Shown here one piece after another: positions 27,033 to 39,260 of a stretch of DNA of 64,000 bases; within the stretch, counting starts at the first letter, position 1; each line of letters begins with the position of its first letter. The notes beneath the pieces are model-generated. The model made no database searches. It was not told where the DNA came from and saw only the letters and a program-made list of their open reading frames with translations. Origin of the DNA: Azolla caroliniana. Taxonomy: Eukaryota > Plantae > Polypodiophyta. Made by a program: the position numbers and the translations under genes. The DNA lies in contig JBHGNT010000013.1 in assembly GCA_043228905.1 (NCBI GenBank), positions 17,918,001-17,982,000 on the forward strand. Reading direction: 5' to 3'.

Positions 27033-29058
27033 TTAATCCAGGGATATCTTACATACTCTATTCTTAATTCTTAAGGCTTCAATTCTATCAGCCTCTATTT
27101 GCATTCCAGCTGCTGCATATATGTTCCCCATGCAAGCATATGCAGCACCACATTTGTCATCCACTCTTATTGATTGCTCAAATGCCCATCTCCCAAGTTT
27201 CACATTCCTCCATTTTATACAAGAACCCAATATACTCTGAAAAAGCGGAAGATGGCTGAAATCAGGAAACTTACTGAGCAAGGCCTTTAACTTGTCGAAA
27301 TGTCCTGCGCGCCCAAATAGATCAACCATACACGTGTAGTGTTCTAGCGTTGGAGTTAAACTATACACAACACACATTTCATCAAACAACTTCTCGCCCT
27401 GATCCACTAGGCCTGCATGGCTACATGCATTCAGCAAAACAATGAAAGTGATCGAGTTCGGCACAATAAGTTGAGCCCTCATTTTACTATACATGTTCAA
27501 AACTACATGAGCTTGACCCAACTGGCTATATCCAGTGATGAGGGCATTCCAAGATACGACATCCTGCTCTGGAAGGAGCTCAAACACTTCTCGTGCTTTT
27601 TCCACTGCACCACATTTTGAATGCATGTCCACCAATGCATTGCCAACCACCACATTCATCTCCAATAAGCCTTGCTCTCTGACCTCAGCATCTATATCTT
27701 GTCCAATCTCTACAGATTGCATGATAACACAAGCTTTCAAAATGGCAATGTAAGTTACCGCATTCGGACAGACTCCTGCATCTTTCATTTCTCTGAAACA
27801 TATCAATGCTTCATCACCAAGTCCATTTTGGGCATATCCAGCAATCAGAGCACTCCATGACACAACATTCCGAATTGGAAGCTGGTTAAACACTTCACGT
27901 GCTTTCTTCAATGCACCACATTTGCAATACATATCCATGATGGCAGTGCCCAGCACGATGTCTTTCTCCAATAATCCATGCTTTCTCACTTTGGCATCTA
28001 TAATTTCCCCAATCTCAAGAGATCCCACAATCCGACAAGCTTTCAAGACGCTCACATAAGTTACCTCATCAGGACATACTCCAGCATCATTCATCTGTCG
28101 GAAGCATTCCAGTGCTTCATTGCCAAGACCTTTTTGTACATATGCAGTAATCAGAACACTCCAGGATACAACATCCCTTTTTGGAAGCAGCTCAAACACT
28201 TCTTGTGCTCTCTCTGGCAAACCACATTTGGCATACATGTCCACCAATGCAGTACCAAGCACCACATCCTTCTCCAAAAACCCTTTTTCTCTCATCTCGG
28301 CATCAATATCTTCCCCAAGCTCTAGAGATCCAACCATACCACAAGCTTTAAAAATGCATGTATAAGTTACCTCATCAGGACTGACACCTGCATCTTTCAT
28401 TTGTCTGAAGCATCGCAAGGCTTCATCACCGAGACCATTTTGGACATATCCAGAAATCAGAGCATTCCAAGAGACGACATTGTGGATCGGAAGTTCATCG
28501 AAGAATGCTCTTGCATCTTCCAATGCATCACACTTGGCATACGTTGTGATTAAGGCATTTGCAATACAGATATTCTTCGATTTTACAAGCAATCTTTTCT
28601 TGACAACATCAGCATGTATCAATCGCGTCTTCACTAAGTTCCTCTCTTTTTGGCACAACTTTATCGAATTCAAAAGAGAATTCCGATCTCGAAACCGCAA
28701 TTTCGGCGGAAGCCCATCATCGGTGTCAGCATCATTACGAATCACCTTACCGGCGGAGTGAAGCAAGCTGAGATCTTTCAACCTGTCCGTGACAAATGGT
28801 GGGTTGGACGACCCAACACGGACCGGACATGGTTTCTCGGTTGGTTTGTGGCCAGAGACCGGGGAATGAGGGGTTCTCTGTGAAGAGAGCCACAGAGAAA
28901 GCTTTCAAAAAGATGCAGGGATTCCCCAAAGGAGAAACAACATTGGAGGATGGAGGGGTGGGCCTTACCTTGTGATGGTGACGTTTGTTGTGCAGGAGAT
29001 TTGATGGATCCCTGAGGAAGGGCTGCTCCCACAAGGACTTGGTGTATGTGGAAAACAT
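27033..29058 (-). CDS. PLS-class PPR protein with E domain, no DYW (PPR-3), 2 exons (29058-28969, 28877-27033), ~644 aa
   Basis: Exon 1 MFSTYTK...HHHK|GTAAG, a 91-nt intron ending CTCTCTTCACAG|, and a phase-0 join into the 582-aa ORF with no stops. 4 PLS units plus an E region. Probable organellar RNA-editing specificity factor. Confidence 0.92.
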
Positions 29059-29129
29059 TCTCTTTACCTTGGACCTTCACATAAAACAGCATTTTTGTAT
29101 CAAAAAGCTCTGGATGACTTACCATATGC

Positions 29130-30549
29130 ACCCAGGGTGCACAATTGATTAATTGGGATGGCTTCGGGAGATCCACCATTTAATGTACCTACCGAAGGAT
29201 TCATGTGGATCCCTAAAGGGCACTCCATTAGGTATTTAGGATATAGCGTGGGGTTAGGATTAAATGTAGAAGATATGATTGCGCCCTTGTTGTTAAGATT
29301 AAGGAATAAGCTAATATATTGGAATAAGGAAAAGTTATCCCTAGCAGGATGTGTAGTTGTTGCTAATTCCGTGCTTTTGTCCTCCATTTGGCATATAGCG
29401 TCTACATGGTTGTTTTCTAGGTCAATAATGCTTAAAGTTCAACGACTAGTGCGGAATTTTATTTGGGGGAATACTATTGTAGACAATACTATAACAAAGG
29501 TAGCTTGGTCGGTTCTTATATAACCCAAAATGGCAGCCTCTATTTTTATGAAGTTTTGGATAATGGTAAGTTGTTATTAGTGGAGGAGGAGTCTTCAATT
29601 ATGTCTTCTACCAAGTAAGTGCTAGTGCGAGTAATTGCTAGATTAGATAAAAAAATATTTATGATCTTCTAATTATGGTTGGAATTTGTCTAGGTCTAAC
29701 ACTTCGCAAATGAAAGTTCTTCCATTCTTCACATATTTTGTGGTGTTGGGTAGAAACTTTTTGTTGAAACAAATAGAGTCAATACCTAGAGGGAAAAAAT
29801 ATTGGGAGGAAGGTAATGTGTCATCTTCTTATATGTTGAAGTTCTGGAAACAGTTTTGGTCACTTAAATGTATGAACAAGGCATTGCATTTTGGATGGTT
29901 AATGATTCATTATGCATTGCTAGTAGGAGATTTACTTAGGGGAACAATACCTGGTCGATCATGTGTTATGTGTGGGTTTGCAACTGAGACATTGCATCAT
30001 GTTTTTTGGGAATGTGTTGCGGCCAAATGTTTCTGGCTTTGTATTCTTAGGCTTTTAGGTCGTAAGTATAGGTCGACTATCTTCACGTGGGGTACGGTCT
30101 TTTGGGGAATGTTGGCTCAACAAACGGTTCTTTATCATCATCATAATTCATCGTTAACTTTACATGTGAAAAGTTTTCAAGTGTACGCTACATCGAGCTC
30201 CTTGCAGGGAGTCAAGTTCTTCTCCCGGTGTTATGTTTGGAACATTATCTCCTCTTTGGCCTTATGGATTATTTGGAAAGCGATGTGTTCTAAAATATAT
30301 AATGATGAACAAACTAATGTTGTGGATCAGGTTACGTCTTTCTGGGAATTATTGGTAAATACGGTTAAAGGTGAATATGATAGTTATAAGGGTTTTGGAA
30401 ATGTAGCTAACCGAAAAAGAAGGAGAATTCGAAGAGTTTGGTCAGCTATTCCTTTTATGTTGGATGCAGGTGATGATGTTAAGTGGAACTATGTTCCACC
30501 TCGTTGGTTGTTTTTGCCACCGACACCATTCATATTGCATACAACATGA
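29130..30549 (+). mobile_element. 5'-truncated, internally deleted L1-type LINE (RT C-terminus + zf-RVT)
   Basis: IRYLG, WNKEKLSLAG.VVVANSVLLS, LVRNFIWG, KVAWS; zinc-finger region FWKQFW...CVMCG...ETLHHVFWEC. Confidence 0.85.
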
Positions 30550-30589
30550 CTTAATAGGAAATCCACAATAATTATTCAATATTGGTGGT

Positions 30590-31400
30590 TCGGCGAGATG
30601 GTTGAGGATTCCGATGGATTTTGTTGGTAAACATCGAGACAAAAGTTGATGTGGAAACCAAGAAATTTTAGTCTCATTTTGTTTTTTGTAGGTACAGGAC
30701 TTTGGTGGTATACAATGAGATGCAATGGTCATTGAAGCATTTCAATTTGGATTTTTGTAGTAAACGAACATGCGGTTGATGTGGAAAACGCAACACATTT
30801 TTATTTCTTTAAAGGATGAGTGATGATGGTGTAGGGGGATGAAGAATAATTCATGAGGGGATTACAAAAGTAGTCTCATTATGTTTTTGTAGGTGCAAGT
30901 TCTTGGTGGTATACAACGAGATGGTTGATGTGGTCATTGAAGCAAATTTTCTATTTTCTAAGGATGAGTGACTCATGGTGGGGTTGGGGGCTAAAGCAGT
31001 TTTTTATGAGGGGATGAGGACGACACATTCACTATATTTTTGTTTGTACAAGAATTTGGTGGTAAATGAACAAACGGTTGATGTGGAAAACAAAGAACAT
31101 TGTCTATTTTAGTAAAGGACGAGTGACAATGGTGTTGGGGGAAGAAGTGGAATTTCATGAAGGGATTAAGAGAGTAGTGTCATTGTGTTTTTAGGTACGT
31201 ACAAGACTTTGCTATTCTACGGCGAGATGGTTGATGTGGACATTGGTGGTAATCGGCGACATGTTGGTTGGGGAAAAGGAAGCATATTGTCTTTGTTTGA
31301 TAAGGATGTGTGGTGATGTTGTTGGGGGCTGAAGCATACTTTCATGAGGGGACGCGGACAATAGAATCATTTTCTTTTGTAGGTGATTGTTGTATTCGGC
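30590..31400. repeat. Degenerate ~150-bp tandem repeat with alternating A/B units
   Basis: GGTTGATGTGG at 30774, 30923, 31076 and 31229, each followed by AAGGA(T/C)G.GTG...GGGGG...ATGA.GGGA. Confidence 0.8.
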
Positions 31401-31479
31401 GAAATATATTCCAAATTCTGCAATTCAGAACTTCAACGCAATGCAAGTACACACATGTTGAAGAAAATAGCTGAATGGG

Positions 31480-32470
31480 CAACATGGAAAGTTTGGTGTC
31501 TACAAATTCAGCAGTTGAAGTAGGTGTTGAATCGAAAACGAGCCAAAATGTTGGCAATGCAGTAGTTGACATGTATGCCAAATGTGGCTCACTTGAAAAA
31601 GGGAAAGAGGTGAGGAGGCGTTGAATCAATTCAAGAATATGCAAATTCAAGGAATTTTTGGAGATGAGGTCACATATGCATGCATTTTGAAAGCTTGGGG
31701 GTGCATTAGATTCACGAACAAGGGCGCGAAGATACGTTTCGATGCTGAGAGGAAAGGCCTTTCAAGAAAAAGCCAACTTGTTGGAAATGCACTAGTAGAT
31801 ATGTATTCGAAATGTGGCATGCTAACAAAAGCAAAGGCATTGTTTGACAAACTTCCCATATGTGATACAGTGACATACAATACATTGATCACAGGTAATG
31901 TGCATTGTGAGCATGACTAGGAGGCATTTAATGCTTTTGATCATATGCAAAAGCAGAGAATCTCTCCTAATTCTGTCACATTTGCATGTACTCTAAAAGC
32001 TTGTTCTAGCAATGGAGCAATAGAAAAGGGCAGAGAAATTCATGCAAAGATTGAGGAGATGGGCATGTTGAAGAGAAACCAGGTTGTTGGCAATGCATTG
32101 GTTGATCTATATGTTAAGTGTGGAGTCTTAGAGAAATCACGTGAAGTGCTTGATATGCTTCCAACTCGAAATATAGTCTCATGGAATGTTCTGATTACAA
32201 GATATGGTCAAGTTGGAGAAATTGAAAATGTTTTCTCTATATCTGACCAGATGAGAAGAAAAGGAGTTTTACCAAATCCGGTCATCTTTCTTGTTGTGCT
32301 CAATACTTGTAGTCATACAAGCATGGTAGATAAAGGTCAAACATATTGTGAAGCCATGACTAGAAATTATGGAATTCATCCATTGGTTGGGCATCAAATT
32401 TGCATGGTTGATCTGTTTAGCTGTGTAGGCCAATTGGATGAAGCACTAGAACTAGTGAAGAAAACACCAT
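31480..32470 (+). pseudogene. PLS PPR gene fragment (PPR-4), cut at the 3' end by element A
   Basis: GNAVVDMYAKCG, GNALVDMYSKCG, VTFACTLKAC, QICMVDLFS; a deletion, a stop at 31920, and no 5' or E end. Confidence 0.85.
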
Positions 32471-33667
32471 CCCAGATTCGGCACCCTTACATTCTTCTAA
32501 AATACACACAGGGTCCCCTATAATCTTTACTAATTGTTCTTGTGCAAGCGAGTCGGCCTCTTTATTGTCCACACGACTTACATGTTTTACTTGTACTTTA
32601 TTAAAAGACTTTATTAAGCTAAGTGCCTCCTTATAGAAGCCACGTAATCCATCACTTTGACATTTCCACATGCCGTGAATTTGTTTGACAATTAATAGTG
32701 AATCACCTTAGATGATTAATCTTTTGATTTCCCTAGCTTTACAAAGTCGCAAGGCAAAGCACAAGGTTGCATATTCCACTTCATTGTTGGTGTTGGCATT
32801 GGGAAGCGGAATCCCTTCAGCGTGTACCACTTGTCCATTAGGGATTCTTAATATAAAGCCTCCAACCGTCAAATTTGTTGCCTTTCGGTCATCCATAAAG
32901 GTTTTTTCCACATCACTTATGACTCTACTTATATAGTAAATAGGATGCATTAGCCTATTATGAGGATCTTGTTGCATGAGAATAGAGCCAATAGCATGAG
33001 AGCTAACACTACGATGTCGTGAAGAAAACCGTCCCTTGGCGCAATTGGTGAATAGCGCACATGAACCAGCCCTTCACGTGTGCGCGCTCTTAATGTATAT
33101 AATAGAGAATTAGGTACATAGAGATATCCTGGGTAGTTAGATTTGGTAGGTAGGAAGTAAATGAGGGAGACGGCTCCATTCTTGACACTATAAAGGAGAG
33201 GGAGACGCAGGGAGAAGGGATCGCGCATTAAGGAGGACGAAGTGCTGTCGGACCGGAACCGAACACTTCTCCTCTGTTCGTTCTCCATCGCTCTTCTCTG
33301 CAGGTTTTCGGGAGGCTCGCGCTGCTTCGAGGAACGCCCGTGTGCTTCCGGCAACACCTCCACCCTTTTCTCCTTTCGTGCGCAGACGAACAGGCATCGG
33401 CATCTGTTCGCCGGCCTGTTCGGTTGTAACCGCTCGTGTGCTTTGTTGTGTATTCTGTTACTCGTTAATATACAAACACTTGTGTCTCCCTATCTCTGTG
33501 TCCCTTCGCGTCTTTTGTGTTGACGGGCCGTGCCCCTGTGTTTCTTACTCATACGTGACAGGGCATCTCTCTCTTTCTCATTCCCCTTTTATCACCTACT
33601 CTTCGGTCCAAGACCCCGGTGGTCCCGCCTCGTTTCTCCACGCACGCGCGTAGTAACGCGACATATT

Positions 33668-33684
33668 TGGTGAACCCGACGTGA
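33668..33684 (+). promoter_or_regulatory. Primer binding site complementary to tRNA-Trp 3' end
   Basis: TGGTGAACCCGACGTGA is the reverse complement of TCACGTCGGGTTCACCA (plant tRNA-Trp 3' end, from memory). One-mismatch copies at 44771-44787 (+) and 57173-57189 (-). Confidence 0.85.
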
Positions 33685-33723
33685 GACAGGCGGCAGAGGA
33701 GCAGAAGATGAGGGGTTTGGATC

Positions 33724-36700
33724 TTGCAGAGGCCATGGCTTTCGGCCGTGGACCGGATAGTGAGCACGCGCGAGGGCATTGGCGCCCTTGACAGGGCTAT
33801 TGAGGCGATCAGCCGGTTCAGTGGAAAGGATGCCACGAGTTATTTGGCGTCCTACTGGGCGGAGATGTTGATGAGGGATATTCCGGAAGAGAGGCGTCTT
33901 GCCGGATTCCCTCGAGTGGCGATGCCGGGCATCCATGCGGAGGTGCTCGAGGTCCGGACCTGGGAGGAGTTTGAAGGACAGCTTCTGGAGAAATACGAGC
34001 TGGATGACGCGCTTCGACTTTCGAAGCGGAGCTTCATGGAGTGGGTGGAGTCCCCCAACAAAGGAAGAAATGCGTCGGTACTCCTCCGGGAGTTTGAGGA
34101 ACGCTTTGCATGCCTTTCGGCGCTCGATCGGACCGTTCTGGACACAAGTCGTGTCCTACTGTTTGTCAAATTGGTTGACGCATGGGATCGGTGGCAAGTT
34201 GGCTCCTTACTGGAAACCGAAGATGGGCTGACGGCCGACTGGGCCGCGGTAAAAAGAGTCTGCGGCCGTTTTGACAAACGGTGGGAGTGGGCTGATACAG
34301 AGGCGGCCGGGGCGGAACCTGTCGCAGCAAGGAAGCTCGAACCGATACCACAGGCGCGAAGGGAAGAGACCCGGGAGTGGCTCGAAACCGGTTCGGCTTC
34401 GACCGGCATGGTCAGAGGCTCGTCCGGGGGAACAGCTTTGGAGGAGTTGACACGAGCGGTAAAGGATCTCCAGATCGCCCAGGCTAGGAGAGAAGGCGGC
34501 GATCAGGCTTGTGACCGACGGCCTCCGGCAGGAAGTAGGTGCATGTGGTGCGACGAGGTCGGCCACATCCGGAAAGACTACGGGGAATTTATGGAGGCTT
34601 TGAGAAGCCGGGTAGTGTACCTATGGGAAGGTCGGGTGCACGCCAGCGATACCCGGAGGGCCCTGAACCGAAACGATGGGCGAGGAGGAATGAAAAGGCT
34701 GATGGAAGAGGCGGCAGCCCGGCACGTGGAGACCGTCCACTACTCAGCGTCAGCCGGTATTCGGGTCGGAGGCAGCGAGGCCCGGAACGAGAGCAAAGCC
34801 GAGTTCTGGCCGACGGTGCTGGAAGGCCTCGCCGGTGCCCGACTAAAGAGAGACGAGGCGGACCGCGCGGAGAAGCGAGTCCAGAAGGTAACTGGGTGGA
34901 GTGACCCGGTCGAAGAAAAGACGGGTTTCGTCGAAGCGGCTTGCCAGAACTACGAGGCTCTGGTTGAAGACAAACGGGTAGGTAAACCTAGAGGGGCCGG
35001 ATCTTCACAGAGATACGAAACCCAATTCGGGCCGAAACGGAACGAGGCCGGTGAGTCCAGTGCCCGAGATAACCACAAAAAGGGTGGCTACCGTTTTGGC
35101 ACGGAGATCGAAAGGACCACGGACCTACGAAAGGTCCTGGAAGAACGAATCCTCAACAACAAGGTGGAACTGTCGTTGCGGGAGGTGCTAGGGATCGCCA
35201 AGAAGGAGTTCCACGACTCCATTGTGGACTTGGTGAAGAGGAAGAGGCTGTCAACGGAGGCAGAACCGGGAAGGCCAGTGGAGGTGCGGACGGCGCACAT
35301 AGAGGACATGGCGTTGGAAGACGAGTGGGCGGAGAGCCACTACTCGAGGCCACACTGGGCCCGAGCAACCACGGAAACCTCGGTGAAGATCGGAGATGTT
35401 CAGGAACTGGTGGTGGTGCTGGTGGACCACGGTTCGGAAATAAACCTGATGTCCATGGACTTCTACAAGAAAGGGAAATGGCCGATCAACACTAAGCACG
35501 AGTGGAAGATACGGGCGCGGGGCCTGCCCAAACGTGCGAGTCAAGATTGACGACATCGAAATAGACCAGCACTTCTTTGTGCAGGAGACGTCCTCGCACC
35601 CGGTCATACTAGGAGAACCGTACATTACGACAGCGCGAATGGAGACCAAGGTGCTGGACAACGGGTCGGCTTACGCAAGGGTCAAGAGTCAGGACGGGCG
35701 TCATTCGGTCCAGTTCCTGACGGTGCGACCAAACCACGAGCGAAACCACGAGTCCCTCGGTGGCGAGAACCGATAGGATTTTTAGAGAGGGCTGCCAAGG
35801 CGTGGGGCCGCGACAGTCCGGACACTCCGGGAAAACCCCACATATGTACGATAGATGCGAAACCGAAGAAACCTTGTACCATAAGTAGGAAGTTTTGTTT
35901 CTCCGAAAATGGAGGGTGTACGATAGTCGGCGTTGTTGGCCGAGAAAAGACAAGGGCGGAAGAGCGACTTCGGGCGTGCAGAGTTCTTGGGCCCAGCGAG
36001 GAAATCTATGGAGCCGTGGAGGCGGTCTCCTTCGACGATACCTTGGGAATACTACGAGAAGTGGTCGGAGAGGGCCTTAAAGAGGACCGGATGATACCGG
36101 TTTGTTCAGAAGAAATGTACGAAGTCATCGCGGACTTCAGTTGAGGGCTCGAGTCGGATCGGACGGCCCGGGTTAACACGAAGTACAAGACTGTAGACCG
36201 GAAGGTAAGGCCAGTCGCGGCACCCTTACCGGAGGGCAGCGAGTTGCGAATCGAGGGGGTCGCGTCGGACCCCAGTTTACGAGATCCGGCCTGCATAGGG
36301 CACGCCTTCACCGACAGAACGCTACGGGAGCTCAAAATAGGTGGGGGCGGGTTCCTACTGCCGGCGGAAGAAGATCGGTTTCGGAGAATGCTCGGAAGGC
36401 ACGGGAAAGCCTTCGCATTCTCACCGGAAGAGATCGGGTGCGTAGACCCGACAGTCGTGAAGCCGATGGTGATATTCACGGTACCGCATGTACCATGGAA
36501 TCTAAAGCCAATTTCGGTACCGAGAGCTCACATCCCGGAGCTGATGGAGCTATTGAGGCAGAAAGTCGATATGGGCATCCTCGAACCGTCGAGTGCCCCG
36601 TACTCGAACCGGTGGTTTACCGCACCGAAGAAGAATGGGACGTTGCGCTTCATTCAAGACCTGCAATCGGTCAACAGAGTGACCATTCGGAACACAGGAA

Positions 36701-39260
36701 TTGGACCAACGATACACGAGTTCGCGGAGGCCTTCGCCGGAAGGTCGATCTACTCGGTCGGTGATCTGTACTCGGGGTACGATCAGTTCCAACTAGCCGT
36801 AGAGAGCAGAGACATTACGACGATGCGGACTCCTCTCGGCCTAGTGCGGATGTGCACCCCGCCACAAGGAGGGACGAACTCGGTGGCCCACATGGTGAAT
36901 GCAATGAACAAGGTGCTGAGGGATTGTATACCGGACATCGCCATGCCATTCTTGGACGACATCCCGATCAAGGGATGTCCGGTGGAGGAAAGGGACGAAA
37001 CGGTTGAACCGGACGGATGCCGGAAATTCGTGGCGACACACATTGACGACTGCGAGAGGGTGCTGCAGAGGCTAGAGGACGCGAGGCTCACCTTCTCCGG
37101 GGAGAAATCGGCCTTCGGGCAATCAGAGATCATGGTCGTCGGACATCTATGAGGGCCGTATGGCCGGAAACCGTCTCCGGCTAAGGTGGAAGCCATCTCC
37201 TCAATGAAGCCCGACTGTAACTCGGTCACGGAGGTACGGAGGTTTTTGGGAGCATGCGCGTTCTACCACATATGGATCCCGCATTACGCCCACATTGCCG
37301 AGCCGCTATACGGGTTGCTGAAAAAGGGGCGAAAATTCGAGTGGCGAGATGAGCATGCGGAGTCGGTCCGAAAGATGAAGGAGGCTCTTTCTGCAGCACC
37401 GGCACTCCGGAAGGCTGTCTACGAGAAAGGCACTCCCATCTACATAACAGTAGATACGAGTCCGACCGGGATTGGATGGGTTGTCAACCAAGAAGATGAG
37501 GACGACATTCGGTTCCCAATCCGGTTCAGCGCGAAGGTCCTCAGCGAGCGACAGTGAGGATACGCCCAGGTTAAACGCGAACTCTGGGGTATCGTTTCAA
37601 CGGTGAAGGCCAATAAAGACTATCTGATCGGGATAGAAGTGATTATCGAGACGGACTGCCTGCCGATTCTCGGCATGGTTTCCAGATGCGCAACCCCGGA
37701 CCTGGCGATGCTCAGGTGGATAGCGTACATCAAGTCCCTGGATCCGGAAATACGGCACATTTCCGGGAAAGACAATGCCATGGCCGACATGCTTTCGAGG
37801 GTGTGATTCAACGACGAGGGCGGCATGGTTTCGGAGGATGAGGAAGTCGGTGTGGACTTCTTCGAGGTGGCTTACGCAACAACCGAGGGAGGGAGCACTC
37901 CGGCGCTTAACGATTTCAACGTAAGCAAGTACGACGGGGAGTGGCTGCAGATTGGGGGATTCTTGAGGACGATGGGGCCGGACGCGTCATGGACAAAGGA
38001 CGAGGCCAACCGGATCCGGAAGAAAGCATACCGATTCTTTCTCCGGGACGGATACTTGTGGAAGCACCCGAAGAAGAGAAACGGCATCCCGCTCCGAGTA
38101 GTGGCGATGAAGGAGGAACAGGAGGAGTTGCTGAAGGCCTACCACGACAGCCCCTGGGCTGGACACCGTGGGACGTGGGCCATGTTTGAGAAACTAAAGG
38201 GGAAGTACTGGTGGCCGGGACTGTACCGGGACGTGCATCGGTTCGTGACAACTTGTAAGAGCTGTCAGATGCACTCCATAGTTCAAGATCGGGACGAGCT
38301 TCACCCCACTTACCCTCCGACCATCCACTTCAAATGGATGGTAGATTTGGTGACGATGTCGATGGGCGTAGGGCAGATGCGATATCTGGTGCTGGCCCGG
38401 GAGGACTTGACAAACCAGGTGGAAGGCCGAGCCCTATAGAACAAAACGACCGCGGCTGTGTGTCGGTTCCTGATCGAGGACGTGATATGCCGGTACGAGT
38501 GCGTCGGAAAGATCGTGGCTGACCGCAGGGAGTTGGACGCCGAAGAGGCCGAGGAGCTGTTCGACCGGTTAGGGGTCAAGCTCTCGCTCACCACAGCGTA
38601 CAATCCGGAGGCAAACGGGAAGGTAGAGCGCGGGCACGGGCCAATCGTCAAAGTGCTAGTCCGGGCATGCGGAGGCCAGGTCGGGAACTGGCCACAGCTG
38701 TTACCTTATGCCTTGTGGGCGGACCAGACAACGCACAGTTCGGTAACCGGGTTCATGCCGTCGGAGCTCATGTTCGGACAGAAGCCGATCATGCCGATGG
38801 AACGGACGATCTCCTCTTGGGCGACAGTAGATTGGAGGGACGAGGTGAGTTGGGAAGAACTACTAGCGGCACGTATACGGCAGCTCGAGCGGAGGCCAGA
38901 GGACGTGGAACGAGCGGCGGAGAGACTTCGAACGGCGAGGATGAAGAACAAAGCCCGGTTCGACCGAACGCACCAGCTACGACCGAAGAAAATCGAGGAA
39001 GGCGACTGAGTGCTAGTCTACGACAGTAGCCTCGACAACCAGCACCGAGCAACACGGAAGTTTGCGAAGCGGTGGTTCGGGCCTTATGTGGTAACGAGCG
39101 CCAACGACAACGGGACGTATCACCTGGCGGAACTCGACGATACGAGGATGGCGATGCCGGTAGTAGGGAAGCGGATCAAAGCGTTCAAGAAGCGCCACGA
39201 CGACGAACCGGATCTAAGAGGCCTCGACAACGAAGAAGAACAGTTCAAAACGGAGGGCGA
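33724..39260 (+). pseudogene. gag-pro and pol of element B
   Basis: Gag with CMWC..GH knuckle, PR LVDHGSEIN, RT DLYSGYDQ/FLDD, RNase H VDTS, INT H..PWAGHRG..C..C and YNPEANG. Stops are consistent with transitions from CGA/CAG/TGG; deletion near 35518. Confidence 0.92.
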
